Origin: Thermodesulfobacteriota bacterium
Lineage (GTDB): Bacteria; Desulfobacterota; WTBG01; JAGOGO01
Assembly (NCBI GenBank): GCA_026625185.1
Contig: CP113000.1
Coordinates: 1,035,622 to 1,067,621, forward strand
DNA: 32,000 bases
Direction of reading: 5' to 3'
Shown here: positions 22,926 to 32,000 of the stretch, in pieces
How the letters are laid out: each line of letters starts with the position of its first letter
Numbering within the stretch: the stretch's first letter is position 1
Made by a program: the position numbers and the translations under genes
Notes under the pieces: model-generated
The model's database searches: none
Told to the model about the DNA's origin: nothing
Seen by the model: only the letters and a program-made list of their open reading frames with translations

Positions 22926-24581
22926 ATGTTTTCAAGAAAAGAAAAAAACGAGGAGGTAGGGCGATGGTTATTTAGAGTGATTGATCCCGCCTTTCCCAAA
23001 AACAATATCTACCGTGCCTCTGCCAAACAAATGGTTTCTCTGGGACCGGTGATGATAGCATCAACTGCCAAAGAATGGTGCATTGATAACGGTAAGTCGT
23101 GGTTGACAGCTGAAGTTATTAATGAAAACAATTATCGGTCGATTCGTCGTCGTGCTCCCATTAACCCAAAAAGCATGCCAGACCATTTAGTTTTGCAGCA
23201 AGAAAGATATGCTGCTTTTATTGGAATTTCCTGCAGCATGACCACAGGAGCGCCCCGCGCCATAGAATTAATCCGGCTCTATAAGGAATTCCCAGAAAGC
23301 TTGAAGCCGAAAGCCATTATTGTTGGCGGCTGGCACGCAATGGATAACCCTCAAGAAATGTTAGAGGCCGGGGCTGATGTTGTTGTTCATGGTGAAGCCG
23401 AATTAATTATCAAAGATATTTTAACCGCTTTACGTAATGATGATTCATTAAGTGGAATTCCCGGCATTTCTTATTGGTCGGGTGGCCAAATTAAACGAAA
23501 CGGACCCACTGAGATTTATGTTCCTCAGGAAATGATGGATAAGTTGCCTGATCCAGATTTTGGCCTTATTCGTTATTCGGTGATTAGAATTTTTCCGCTT
23601 GGCCGGACTCGAGGTTGTGACGGTAAGTGCCCTTTTTGTCGGGTTAAATGCCAGGCTCGTTCAATATCGCCGCCGCGCTTTTTAGAGCAAATTATAGTTT
23701 TAATTAGCAAGGGCGCCAACCATATTTTTATTACCGACGACCGCTCAGAACAAGACCTTGATGGTTTTATTTACTGGTTAAAAGGGTTGGGCGAGTTTAT
23801 GAGGGTGAGGAGGCCTCGCGTTAGTATTACCACTCAGAATAGACTGTCCTTAGCTGAACATCCAGAAGTGCTTCAGTTAATGCGTGATGCCGGAGTTAAG
23901 AATGTGGCAATCGGCTATGAATCGCCGATTGCTGAACAATTAGCAGCGATGCAGAAACCAATTAACCCCAGAGAACTTTTTAATTATACAAAGATTTGGA
24001 AAAGATATGATTTCGCAGTTCATATGATGTTGATTTTTGGCTACCCGCTTTCACCAAAGGCGAAAAACTACTTAATAAGGCAGGGCAAAAAATTAAGCTG
24101 GTCAGCTAAAGAGCTTGGAAAAATATTCTGGAAGTTTATCAAAAAGGCCAAGCCCCATACCCTTCAAGTTTTACTATACATTCCATTACCCGGCACTGAA
24201 GATCGAAAATTCCTGGAAGAAGAAGGACGAATTCTACCTTTGGGATGGGAATTTTACGATGGCACGTGGCTGGTATTTGAACCAGATGAAGGAATTGTTC
24301 CGAAAGAACTTCAGCAAGAGTATATCAAGTTAATGCGTAAGTTCTACGCATTCAACTTACTCTGGCCATTGAGGTTTGTTCCATTGCTGGTTCACTACTT
24401 AAATGTGGGCATGGTGACCATTTCTTATCCATTAATGAGACCAATTATTGGAGCCCGTTCCTGGAGCCGGATTTGGTGGAATTCTCTTCACCGTTTAGGT
24501 GGCCATCTTATTGTTTGGGATTGGCTCAAAAACTTCAGAAAATCCAGGTTTATTGAAAAACTAACTGAAAAAGTTAAATGA
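22926..24581 (+). CDS. B12-binding-domain radical SAM protein with a hydrophobic C-terminal region
   Basis: SD GAGGTG upstream of the ATG. N-terminal B12-binding-like Rossmann segment (IIVGGWHAMDNPQEMLEAGADVVVHGEAE). Radical SAM cluster motif GCDGKCPFC (CxxxCxxC). C-terminal LLWPLRFVPLLVHYLNVGMVTISYPLM looks membrane-associated. Confidence 0.85.
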   Translation: MFSRKEKNEEVGRWLFRVIDPAFPKNNIYRASAKQMVSLGPVMIASTAKEWCIDNGKSWLTAEVINENNYRSIRRRAPINPKSMPDHLVLQQERYAAFIGISCSMTTGAPRAIELIRLYKEFPESLKPKAIIVGGWHAMDNPQEMLEAGADVVVHGEAELIIKDILTALRNDDSLSGIPGISYWSGGQIKRNGPTEIYVPQEMMDKLPDPDFGLIRYSVIRIFPLGRTRGCDGKCPFCRVKCQARSISPPRFLEQIIVLISKGANHIFITDDRSEQDLDGFIYWLKGLGEFMRVRRPRVSITTQNRLSLAEHPEVLQLMRDAGVKNVAIGYESPIAEQLAAMQKPINPRELFNYTKIWKRYDFAVHMMLIFGYPLSPKAKNYLIRQGKKLSWSAKELGKIFWKFIKKAKPHTLQVLLYIPLPGTEDRKFLEEEGRILPLGWEFYDGTWLVFEPDEGIVPKELQQEYIKLMRKFYAFNLLWPLRFVPLLVHYLNVGMVTISYPLMRPIIGARSWSRIWWNSLHRLGGHLIVWDWLKNFRKSRFIEKLTEKVK

Positions 24582-24765
24582 ACAATATATAACCCAGCAT
24601 AAAAACAAAAGATGGGTTTTAAAAACTCAAAGCCAAGGAATTCAAGCAATTCTGCAATGCCCAGATCGTAAAACTGTGGTGGTATCAACTGACTCCTACT
24701 GTTTCCATAAATACGTACCACCCCCATAGAAAAAGCGGCCCATTATCAATTCTATTGTAAATTAC

Positions 24766-24794
24766 TTGACTTTAGTGAAAAACCAGTTTATATT
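24766..24794 (+). promoter_or_regulatory. sigma70-type promoter of the cold-shock gene, giving a ~120-nt 5' UTR
   Basis: TTGACT 24766-24771, 17-nt spacer, TATATT 24789-24794. A long structured 5' UTR is usual for cspA-type genes. Confidence 0.55.
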
Positions 24795-24918
24795 AAAAAC
24801 AATCATAAGGCTCGCCTGCATGGTGGGCTTTTTTCGTACTGAGGGTAATATCCATTTGTTAAAAGTGGCAACCTGAAGTTTGGAATCATGAAAATTTATT
24901 TGAAAGGAGGTTGTCACT

Positions 24919-25119
24919 ATGGCCAATGGAATAGTGAAGTGGTTTAATGATCACAAAGGCTTTGGCTTCATTGAACAAGAAGATGGCCCTGATGTTTTCG
25001 TTCATCATTCAGGAATCAATGCTACCGGTTTCAAGTCGCTTAATGAAGGCGACCGGGTTACCTTTGACTTAGTTCAAGGTAATAAAGGCGATGCTGCAGC
25101 AAATGTCACTGTAGTTTAG
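24919..25119 (+). CDS. cspA: cold-shock protein (CspA family)
   Basis: 66 aa with RNP1 KGFGFI and RNP2 VFVHH. SD AAGGAGG upstream. Confidence 0.95.
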   Translation: MANGIVKWFNDHKGFGFIEQEDGPDVFVHHSGINATGFKSLNEGDRVTFDLVQGNKGDAAANVTVV

Positions 25120-25140
25120 CTTACTATGGTCTGAGCAGAA

Positions 25141-25180
25141 AAAGGGCATTCGATTGGTTTATGATCGAGCGCCCTTTTTT
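25141..25180 (+). terminator. intrinsic terminator of the csp gene
   Basis: AAAGGGC 25141-25147 / GCCCTTT 25171-25177 with an inner TCGAT/ATCGA extension, then a T-run. Confidence 0.7.
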
Positions 25181-25373
25181 CTATTTGGATTCAGATTAGG
25201 TGATTTTTGATGGTATCTGATATTCGAAAGGAGCAAATGAAATCGAGGAAAAACCAAAACTTTCCCCCCATTTTTTATCCTCTTTGGTTTTGTTATTGCA
25301 GCAAAAAAGACTTTTTTTCAAAAAGCTTCTGAGGGCTTTTCCAAACCGGAAAGAAATCCTGTTCAGGTGCATG

Positions 25374-25402
25374 TGTGAAAAGCCAAAAACATTATTTTTG
25401 GC
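25374..25402 (-). terminator. intrinsic terminator of the second histidine kinase gene
   Basis: GCCAAAAA 25382-25389 / TTTTTGGC 25395-25402 is a perfect 8-bp stem. On the minus strand it is followed by TTTTC. Confidence 0.6.
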
Positions 25403-25413
25403 AAATTAAGCTC

Positions 25414-26622
25414 TTAAAGACTATCACGGGGGAGGGTTAGAACAAAGTTGGAACCCCATTCTTTGGGTTCATACCACATGTTACCGCCATGCTTTTGGAT
25501 GATTTCTTTGGCCAGATACAGCCCCAGGCCCATACCTCCAGAAATCGATCCCCTTTCATCTGCATTACGTAGAAATTTTGCAAACAATTTATCACGAAAA
25601 TTTTCCGCAATCGCTTCTCCACTATTATAAACATTAAGTTTGTAGTATGACCCACAGTCTTCGCAACCAAAGGCAATCGTACACCCTTCGCCGCCATACT
25701 TGATGGCATTACTGAAAAGATTTCGGAATACAATTTTAAGCCAAACCTTATCCGCTTTGAGGTGGATTTTGGTAGCGGGAACAGCACCTAACCGGTTGTC
25801 GATTACTATGTGTTGTTCTTCCATCTCCTTTGAAAGCTCATGCAAGATTGGATCTATAATATCTTCCCTTAAATCCAGCATCTTCTTTGTAAAATCCACA
25901 TCACCTGCGACCGCCGATACCTTCCCCAGACAGTCTTCAGCAACTCCAAACAACCTCTCAATTCTGCCGTGCAAATCAATCACCGTATTTTTCACGCTGT
26001 TATCCATTTGTCCATAAATGCCACGGATAAGCAACTTAAGCGTTGCATCAATAGAGAAAAGGGGACTCCTTAAATCATGGGAAACAACCATCAACATGTT
26101 AAGAATCTCTTTATTTAGCACTCGAACACGGGTTTCAGACTCGCTTAATGCTTTCTCCGCCTGCCTGCGCTCGGTTACATTCTCAATAGCGAGGAGAATC
26201 ATTCGCGTCTCATCCTGCTCTGTATACAGCCGGCGGGCATTCAGCAGCATTATCTTGCGCCCGATGATCTCAAAATCGTGCTCAACCTCGAAATCATTGA
26301 AGCTGGCGTTCTTGGGGATAACCTCTTCGAGGAATTCACGCAGCCTCGGAATATCCCACTGGCGGTTACCAATTTCATAGATCAGTTTTCCCTCGGTCTC
26401 CTCAGGTGCCACTTTGAAAGTCTTAAAAAAGGAACGGTTTGCCGTTACAACTTTAAATTGATCGTCCAGTACTATTAAAGATTCCCTGACAGTTTCAACA
26501 ACATTCTCAGTAAATTTAGTGGCTTTCAGGGCAATTTGCTCTGTCTGTTTGAGCTTGGCTTCTATCGCTTGCAGTTCAGTAGTTTTCTGGTCCAGTTCTT
26601 CATGAGTCGGTTTCATGATCAT
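25414..26622 (-). CDS. PAS-domain sensor histidine kinase (HisKA type), cytoplasmic
   Basis: PAS region, H-box VSHDLRSPL, N-box NLFSNAIKYG, G-box GMGLGLYLAKE. The start is moved to ATG 26622 (AGGAAG SD) instead of the upstream TTG 26664. Confidence 0.9.
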   Translation of the reverse strand: MIMKPTHEELDQKTTELQAIEAKLKQTEQIALKATKFTENVVETVRESLIVLDDQFKVVTANRSFFKTFKVAPEETEGKLIYEIGNRQWDIPRLREFLEEVIPKNASFNDFEVEHDFEIIGRKIMLLNARRLYTEQDETRMILLAIENVTERRQAEKALSESETRVRVLNKEILNMLMVVSHDLRSPLFSIDATLKLLIRGIYGQMDNSVKNTVIDLHGRIERLFGVAEDCLGKVSAVAGDVDFTKKMLDLREDIIDPILHELSKEMEEQHIVIDNRLGAVPATKIHLKADKVWLKIVFRNLFSNAIKYGGEGCTIAFGCEDCGSYYKLNVYNSGEAIAENFRDKLFAKFLRNADERGSISGGMGLGLYLAKEIIQKHGGNMWYEPKEWGSNFVLTLPRDSL

Positions 26623-26890
26623 TAGAATATCTTCCTGTTGCCTTGAAATAACAACCCTCGCCAAGCCAATTTTCCCTAACGAGGGTTTAGTTTGCCATTT
26701 TGATTAAAGACCCGTTCCTCACTAAAGGCTTTAGAGGCCAAGGACTGTGCAACAAGTCTTTTATAACCATTAATAACAAAAATGGGAAGTTGTCAACATA
26801 TCATAATAAAAGTCAATTTTTCCCGGATATAAGTCCCAACAAAATTTTCCCCCATAGAATAGTGAAAATCTGCAAAAGCAAAAAAGTGTA

Positions 26891-26918
26891 TTGACAAATT
26901 TTATTTTTTTAGTATTTT
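26891..26918 (+). promoter_or_regulatory. possible promoter of comEA-like gene
   Basis: TTGACA 26891-26896, 16-nt spacer, TATTTT 26913-26918. Confidence 0.4.
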
Positions 26919-26964
26919 ACTTCTTCAATACAAATGACAAGTGAAATGGCGAAGGGAAGAGGAT

Positions 26965-27321
26965 ATGAAACACATAAAAGGAAATGGAGGTTATATAAAA
27001 AAATCAATAATTATTTCTATAATTTTGGGACTTTGTCTAATTTTTAGCACAGTCTCTTTTTTATTTTTAAATCCCAAGGCAGCGCCTGCTGCAGAAGCAA
27101 CAACCGCAACTAAACCAGTAGCGGTAAAATTAATAAATATCAATACGGCTTCAGCAGAGGACCTTACGAGCCTCAAGGGCATCGGAGAAAAAACCGCCCA
27201 GGCAATCGTTGAATATCGAGAGAAGAATGGTGCTTTTAAGGCCATTGAAGATATCAAAAACGTCAAAGGGATAGGTGACAAGAAGTTTGAAGTAATAAAG
27301 GGCAGTATCTGTGTGAAATAG
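26965..27321 (+). CDS. comEA: ComEA-family helix-hairpin-helix DNA-binding protein (membrane-anchored)
   Basis: N-terminal TM anchor (IIISIILGLCLIFSTVSFLFL). C-terminal tandem HhH INTASAEDLTSLKGIGEKTAQAIVEYREKNGAFKAIEDIKNVKGIGDKKFEVIK. Confidence 0.8.
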   Translation: MKHIKGNGGYIKKSIIISIILGLCLIFSTVSFLFLNPKAAPAAEATTATKPVAVKLININTASAEDLTSLKGIGEKTAQAIVEYREKNGAFKAIEDIKNVKGIGDKKFEVIKGSICVK

Positions 27322-27350
27322 AAACCTGTTCCCCTTCGCCAGGATCCCAA

Positions 27351-27382
27351 GAAAGGCCCGGGTTAAGGGCCTTTCTTTTTTT
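27351..27382 (+). terminator. intrinsic terminator of the comEA-like gene
   Basis: GAAAGGCCC 27351-27359 / GGGCCTTTC 27367-27375 (perfect 9-bp stem), then TTTTTTT. Confidence 0.85.
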
Positions 27383-27505
27383 GCATGTTGGGCGAAAAAT
27401 TTCAGCGCTTGGTATTACGCTATAAGAATCAATTACATTAAAATCAAAAAAATGTTACCAAAAAGAATAAGAAAATAGTAATATAAAAGCAATAAAATAA
27501 ACAAG

Positions 27506-27534
27506 TTGACACTTAATTAATGCGTTTGTATTAA
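27506..27534 (+). promoter_or_regulatory. sigma70-type promoter of the transglutaminase-like gene
   Basis: TTGACA 27506-27511, 17-nt spacer, TATTAA 27529-27534. Confidence 0.6.
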
Positions 27535-27619
27535 TACGTTGAGTCAAAATCCTCTCAGCGTTTATCTTGGGAAAAAAACAAAGTTATTAGTGAATTGGCT
27601 AGGAGTTGAATCTGACAAA

Positions 27620-28318
27620 ATGAGCAAACTAATTGAAAAAGGCATGGAAGTTTACCTAAAACCAACGTTTACCATAGATTCAAATCACAAAAAGATTATT
27701 GAAACAGCAAGGAATTTGACCAAAGACTGTTTGAGTAACAAAGATAAAGCGGTAAAACTGTTTTATTTTGTAAGGGATTCTATTCCTTATAACCTCTACA
27801 TGATCTCTGTGTTTGTTGAGGACTTCAAGGCATCAAGGATACTGGCATGGGGAAAGGGGTACTGCGTTCAGAAAGCTGTTCTTCTTACCGCCCTTGGGAG
27901 GGCCGCGAATATCCCAAGCCGGTTGATCTTTGCCACTATCAGAAATCATAGGTTGCCCGCGCAGATAGTTCAAATGATAGGGGGCAACGTTTTAACCAGA
28001 CATGGGTATAATCAATTCTTCTTGAGTGGAAAGTGGGTAAACGCTGTGGCAACTTTTGACAAAAATCTATGCGAGGAAAACGGATTCCCGTCGGTAGAAT
28101 TTGATGGGGAAGAGGATGCACTTTTACCGGCCAAGGATTTGGAGGGTAGACCCTATATAGAATATGTTGAAAAATTTTATCCCACAAATGACCTTCCCTT
28201 TGATTGGATTTACGAAAGGATTTCAAAGCGAGTAGGGCCGAATAAGCGATCTTGGCCGCAAAAAAATGACATAACCAATGAATTTTTTGGACACAAATTC
28301 GGGGAACACAATACTTGA
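27620..28318 (+). CDS. transglutaminase-like (papain-fold) superfamily protein
   Basis: Catalytic Cys motif GKGYCVQKAVLLTALGRAANIPSRL with downstream His (TRHGYN) and Asp (ATFD). ATG 27620 is preferred because the TTG at 27539 would lie at or before the predicted transcription start. Confidence 0.8.
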   Translation: MSKLIEKGMEVYLKPTFTIDSNHKKIIETARNLTKDCLSNKDKAVKLFYFVRDSIPYNLYMISVFVEDFKASRILAWGKGYCVQKAVLLTALGRAANIPSRLIFATIRNHRLPAQIVQMIGGNVLTRHGYNQFFLSGKWVNAVATFDKNLCEENGFPSVEFDGEEDALLPAKDLEGRPYIEYVEKFYPTNDLPFDWIYERISKRVGPNKRSWPQKNDITNEFFGHKFGEHNT

Positions 28319-28329
28319 TGAGTTTGTAA

Positions 28330-28712
28330 AAAGTAAAAATCCGTGGTTTTTGGCGCTGTGGAAGACCAGGGAAAGAGCTGACCATGACGCCCTGGTGTTA
28401 GGCGGAGGAAATTTTGTTGCAGTCATACTGTCGGAGGCGGGAAAAGGGTTCAAAAGGCAGATGAGAAATCGGAAAGATGGGGATACGATTGATGGGATCA
28501 TACGCAAGAGGTGCAAACGAAACAAAAATAAAGGAAGAAGAGCTGCGGGTAGTAGGCAAGCGTCGGGAAGTAACGAAAGTCCGAGGAGAAATTGCCTACC
28601 GCCTGAGCCGGGAGCTGGGATTATCGCTGGCGGAGATTGCGAGGCAGTGGGGGTCGGCACCTCGGCAATCGGGATGCCGATTGGGATGATGGAGACCCAA
28701 AAAGAAAAGTGA
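28330..28712 (+). pseudogene. frameshifted remnant encoding a DnaA-domain-IV-like HTH, as found at the C-terminus of REP/IS200-like Y1-transposase-related proteins
   Basis: Frame 3 (..ALVLGGGNFVAVILSEAGKG..) switches to frame 1 (EEELRVVGKRREVTKVRGEIAYRLSRELGLSLAEIARQ) and back to frame 3 (GVGTSAIGMPIGMMETQKEK*). Only the spliced reading resembles the ..RRxxxxxRxIAMYLxRELxGLSLxEIxxxxGVSxSAVS.. pattern. No N-terminal catalytic domain is present. Confidence 0.35.
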
Positions 28713-28763
28713 TAGAAATGGACGATGTCCCCAAAATCCAACTCAAAAGAGTCTGATTTAGGA

Positions 28764-31196
28764 TTAATCTTTTTCCGCGAGACGGGCTACGCCCACCACC
28801 TTTTCTTCTGACTCAAGCGTGATCAGGCGAACTCCCTTGGTGTTTCTGCCAATAATGGGGATACCGTTAGCACCAATGCGGATCATTCTTCCGCGGTTAT
28901 TTATCAAGATAAGGTCATCTTCATCAGTGACTTGTTTAACACCCACCACATCGCCATTCCGGGGAGGGGTTTGGATATTAATAATGCCGCTCCCGCCTCG
29001 CCCTTGGGCCCGGTATTCGGTAATGTTCGTTCGTTTCCCATACCCATGTTCCGTGACTGTAAGGATGGTAAATCCATCATTGCCCGAGGAGATGACCACC
29101 ATTCCCACCACCGAATCACCGGAAGCCAATTCAACCCCCTTGACCCCTCGGGTCACCCGTCCCAGGCTTCGTGCTTGATTTTCCGGAAAACGTATTGACT
29201 TTCCTTTCTCAGAGCAAAGGAGAATATCCTGTTTGCCATCCGTTAAGGCAGCAGCGATTAGTTCATCTCCCTCATCAAGATCAAGCCCGATAATCCCATC
29301 CCGTCGAGGCTTGCTGTAATCCATAAGAGAAGACTTTTTAATGACCCCTTTTTTCGTGGCCATAACGATAAACTTTCCTTCCTCGAATTCTTTCACGGAA
29401 AGAAAAGCAGAAATTTTTTCTCCGGAAGGAAGCTCAAGAAGATTTACTAGGGCTTTTCCCTTGGTGGCTCGTCCTGATTCCGGTAGTTGATGAACTTTAA
29501 GCCAGTATACCCGGCCAGAGGAAGTGAAAAAGAGGATATAGCTATGGGTTGAAGCCACAAAAATGTGTTCGACAAAATCATCCTCTTTGGTAACCATGCC
29601 CGAACTCCCCTTCCCCCCCCGCTGCTGGCTCCGATAAAGACTCACCGGGCTTCGTTTGATATACCCGGAATGGGTTATAGAAACCACCATGTCTTCCTCA
29701 ACAATCAGGTCCTCCACGTCGATTTCTGCGGCCTCTTCCACGATCTCGGTCCGGCGGGGGTCGCCGTATTTCTTCTTAATCTCGTTAAGCTCCTCAATAA
29801 TAATTTCCAGGAGCAATCTTTCGTTCGCCAAAATTTGTTTATACCGCTCAATCTGTTTGAGCAGTCCCTGGTATTCCTCAATGATTTTTCCCTGCTCCAT
29901 GGCGGTGAGCCTCTGGAGGCGCATGTCTAAGATTGCCTGGGCTTGAACTTCAGTAAAATCAAAGGTGGAGATAAGGTTGGCCCTGGCTTCGCTCGGACTG
30001 CCTGATTTTCGAATCAAAGAGATTACTGCATCCAAATTATCAAGCGCTTTTTTAAGACCCTCTAAAATATGGGCTCGCTCCTCAGCCTTGCGGAGCTCAA
30101 AAGCAGTCCTGCGATGAACCACTTCCTTTCGGTACCGGACAAATTGTTCCAGCATTTCTTTTAAGGTAAGAAGCTTTGGCTGACCCCGGACAATAGCAAG
30201 CATGATCACCCCAAAGGTGATCTGCATCTGGGTATGCTGATAAAGTTGATTGAACACTACCTGGGCAATCGCATCTTTTTTCAGTTCGATTACTACTCTG
30301 ACTCCGTGGCGATCCGATTCATCCCTGAGGTCTGCTATCCCGATAATCTTTTTATCCCGTATCAATTCGGCAATTTTTTCCAGAAGTCTGGCTTTGTTTA
30401 CTTGGTAGGGAAGCTCTGAGACCACAATGCTTTCGCGGTCTCCCCCCTTCCTTTCAATAAAGGCCCGGGCCCGAAGCCGGATGATGCCTTTGCCGGTGGA
30501 ATAAGCTGCCTTAATTCCTCCCCTCCCATAAATAAAGGCCCCGGAGGGAAAATCCGGCCCGATCACGTACTCCATTAGTCCGGCAATGGAAATATCCGGG
30601 TCTTTGATTAAGGCGATAAGGGCGTCAGTTACTTCAGAAAGGTTATGGGGTGGAATATTGGTAGCCATTCCGACCGCAATCCCTGATGAACCATTGATAA
30701 TGAGCTGGGGAATGCGGGTAGGAAGGACCATGGGTTCCAGCAAGGTTTCATCATAGTTTGGAGAAAATTCAACGGTCTCCTTGTCAAGGTCTTGGAGCAT
30801 CTCGCCCGCTAATGGCGTCATCCTTATTTCCGTGTACCTCATGGCAGCCGCAGAGTCTCCATCAATGGAGCCGAAGTTTCCCTGGCCGTCAACCAAAGGA
30901 TACCGCAGGGAAAAATCCTGGGCGAGCCGCACAATGCTATCATATGCCGCGGCATCACCATGAGGATGGTATTTTCCGATCACGTCGCCCACGATCCGAG
31001 CAGATTTTTTGTAGGGCTTATTCCAGGTATTTCCGGTATCGTGCATGGCAAAGAGAATTCTTCGGTGAACCGGCTTAAGGCCATCTCTAACATCAGGCAA
31101 AGCCCGCCCGATGATAACGCTCATGGCATAATCCATATAGGACCGCCTCATTTCATCTTCAATATTGACCGGGATTTTTCGTTGATCGACAAGCAT
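28764..31196 (-). CDS. gyrA: DNA gyrase subunit A
   Basis: [33 protein letters not shown], active-site Tyr context AAAMRYTE, and C-terminal beta-pinwheel repeats. ATG 31196 has AGGAGA 8 nt upstream and is preferred to 31259. Confidence 0.95.
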   Translation of the reverse strand: MLVDQRKIPVNIEDEMRRSYMDYAMSVIIGRALPDVRDGLKPVHRRILFAMHDTGNTWNKPYKKSARIVGDVIGKYHPHGDAAAYDSIVRLAQDFSLRYPLVDGQGNFGSIDGDSAAAMRYTEIRMTPLAGEMLQDLDKETVEFSPNYDETLLEPMVLPTRIPQLIINGSSGIAVGMATNIPPHNLSEVTDALIALIKDPDISIAGLMEYVIGPDFPSGAFIYGRGGIKAAYSTGKGIIRLRARAFIERKGGDRESIVVSELPYQVNKARLLEKIAELIRDKKIIGIADLRDESDRHGVRVVIELKKDAIAQVVFNQLYQHTQMQITFGVIMLAIVRGQPKLLTLKEMLEQFVRYRKEVVHRRTAFELRKAEERAHILEGLKKALDNLDAVISLIRKSGSPSEARANLISTFDFTEVQAQAILDMRLQRLTAMEQGKIIEEYQGLLKQIERYKQILANERLLLEIIIEELNEIKKKYGDPRRTEIVEEAAEIDVEDLIVEEDMVVSITHSGYIKRSPVSLYRSQQRGGKGSSGMVTKEDDFVEHIFVASTHSYILFFTSSGRVYWLKVHQLPESGRATKGKALVNLLELPSGEKISAFLSVKEFEEGKFIVMATKKGVIKKSSLMDYSKPRRDGIIGLDLDEGDELIAAALTDGKQDILLCSEKGKSIRFPENQARSLGRVTRGVKGVELASGDSVVGMVVISSGNDGFTILTVTEHGYGKRTNITEYRAQGRGGSGIINIQTPPRNGDVVGVKQVTDEDDLILINNRGRMIRIGANGIPIIGRNTKGVRLITLESEEKVVGVARLAEKD

Positions 31197-31398
31197 TGAA
31201 AATTTCTCCTTCATGAATGACAGCTTCGTAAACAGCTCATCTGCGGCGTTCCGCTGCATCCTCAGTCACTGCGGCGTACCGGTAAGTACGCCTCATTCCC
31301 TCGGATTTGCGCGCCTTGCATCTGGAGCTTTTTACTGTGCCGTCTGATTTACGAGATCATCATTTTTTCTTTCAGTACCAAACAATGCTCTTTTGCTT

Positions 31399-31998
31399 TC
31401 AAACATCTAAATTCTTCACCTCAAGAGCATTCTGGTAAATAAACTCCCGGCGGGGCTCAACCTCATCACCCATGAGCACGGTAAAAATAGCGTCTGCTTC
31501 CACCGCATCATCAATTTTTACCTGGATGATGGTTCTGGTTTTAGGATTCATGGTGGTTTCCCACAGTTGTTCCGGGTTCATTTCCCCCAATCCTTTATAC
31601 CGCTGGATTTCAAGCCCCTTCTTGCCGAGGGCAAACACTAAATTGATTAATTCCGAAAAATCCTTAACCTCCAAGCCGCTGCCATCTTCTTCTAATCGGA
31701 AGGGGGGTGAACCAAATACCCGAATCTCTTGTGCCAGTTTCTTCATTTCCTCAAATTCCGGGGAGCTGAGCAAATCAAAATCAATCTGGCTCATTTTTTC
31801 TCTACCCTGGTCACGTGAAATGATCCGGATATTAAAACAGTTGTGTTCGGAATCCATCTGGAGTTCAAACTCCACCGGAGAAATTTCCGGGTGATGAGAG
31901 TGAAGAACGGCCTTGATTTCATTGATAATCTCCTGAAGGGGTTTTTCTTCTCTCAAGGTGTTTTCGTTGAAACGCGGGTTTTGGATGAAAGGATCAAT
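31399..31998 (-). CDS. gyrB: DNA gyrase subunit B, C-terminal part (ORF open to the right window edge)
   Basis: [24 protein letters not shown]...[13 protein letters not shown] is the conserved GyrB C-terminus. The reading frame stays open from 31956 to the window end ([14 protein letters not shown]...). Confidence 0.95.
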   Translation of the reverse strand: MDPFIQNPRFNENTLREEKPLQEIINEIKAVLHSHHPEISPVEFELQMDSEHNCFNIRIISRDQGREKMSQIDFDLLSSPEFEEMKKLAQEIRVFGSPPFRLEEDGSGLEVKDFSELINLVFALGKKGLEIQRYKGLGEMNPEQLWETTMNPKTRTIIQVKIDDAVEADAIFTVLMGDEVEPRREFIYQNALEVKNLDV

Positions 31999-32000
31999 CA

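Noticed and set aside
25237-25332. 31-aa ORF MKSRKNQNFPPIFYPLWFCYCSKKDFFSKSF with an AAAGGAG nearby
   Set aside because: The SD-to-ATG spacing is only ~3 nt, there are no homologues to compare, and it lies in a terminator-rich intergenic region. The evidence is insufficient.
31241-31292. Direct repeat CTGCGGCGT (31241-31249, 31269-31277) and hairpin GGCGTAC/GTACGCC (31273-31292) in the gyrB-gyrA spacer
   Set aside because: These are real in the sequence but short. A structured spacer between gyrB and gyrA is unremarkable, and I have no basis for assigning a function.
1-32000. Search for CRISPR arrays, tRNA/rRNA/tmRNA, reverse transcriptases, integrases or prophage genes
   Set aside because: I saw no regularly spaced direct repeats, no tRNA T-loop/acceptor signatures and no rRNA-like segments. 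The only mobile-element proteins are the IS110-family transposase and the decayed HTH remnant at 28330-28712.

Overview
Chromosomal window from an unidentified bacterium with AT-rich intergenic regions, ending in the gyrB-gyrA housekeeping pair. I support about 22 protein-coding genes. They include an edge-truncated E/K/P-rich protein, a secreted VIT+VWA protein, a GalT-family nucleotidyltransferase and a ZIP metal transporter. There is also a kinase+HAD phosphatase pair, two secreted proteins of unknown function, two lmo0937-family micro-membrane proteins and a DedA protein. The rest are an IS110-family recombinase, a stand-alone RelA/SpoT small alarmone synthetase homologue, a TM-helix-repeat membrane protein and an MgtA-type P-type ATPase. 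Two orphan PAS histidine kinases, an orphan B12-binding radical SAM enzyme, CspA, ComEA, a transglutaminase-like protein, GyrA and the C-terminus of GyrB complete the set. I saw no rRNA, tRNA or CRISPR array. The accessory-looking part is about 10.0-14.7 kb, where two diverged 307-bp direct repeats, each carrying an lmo0937-family ORF, bracket DedA, the IS110-family element and the RelA/SpoT homologue. The strongest candidate for an interesting system is the IS110-family element. It has asymmetric non-coding ends, border inverted repeats, an anti-Shine-Dalgarno leader and a roughly 500-nt structured 3' non-coding end, which is a plausible bridge/seek guide RNA. The window also holds several families of paralogous intergenic elements with hairpins, covariation and intrinsic terminators that no protein-coding feature explains. 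All family assignments come from motif recognition by eye; no database search was possible.
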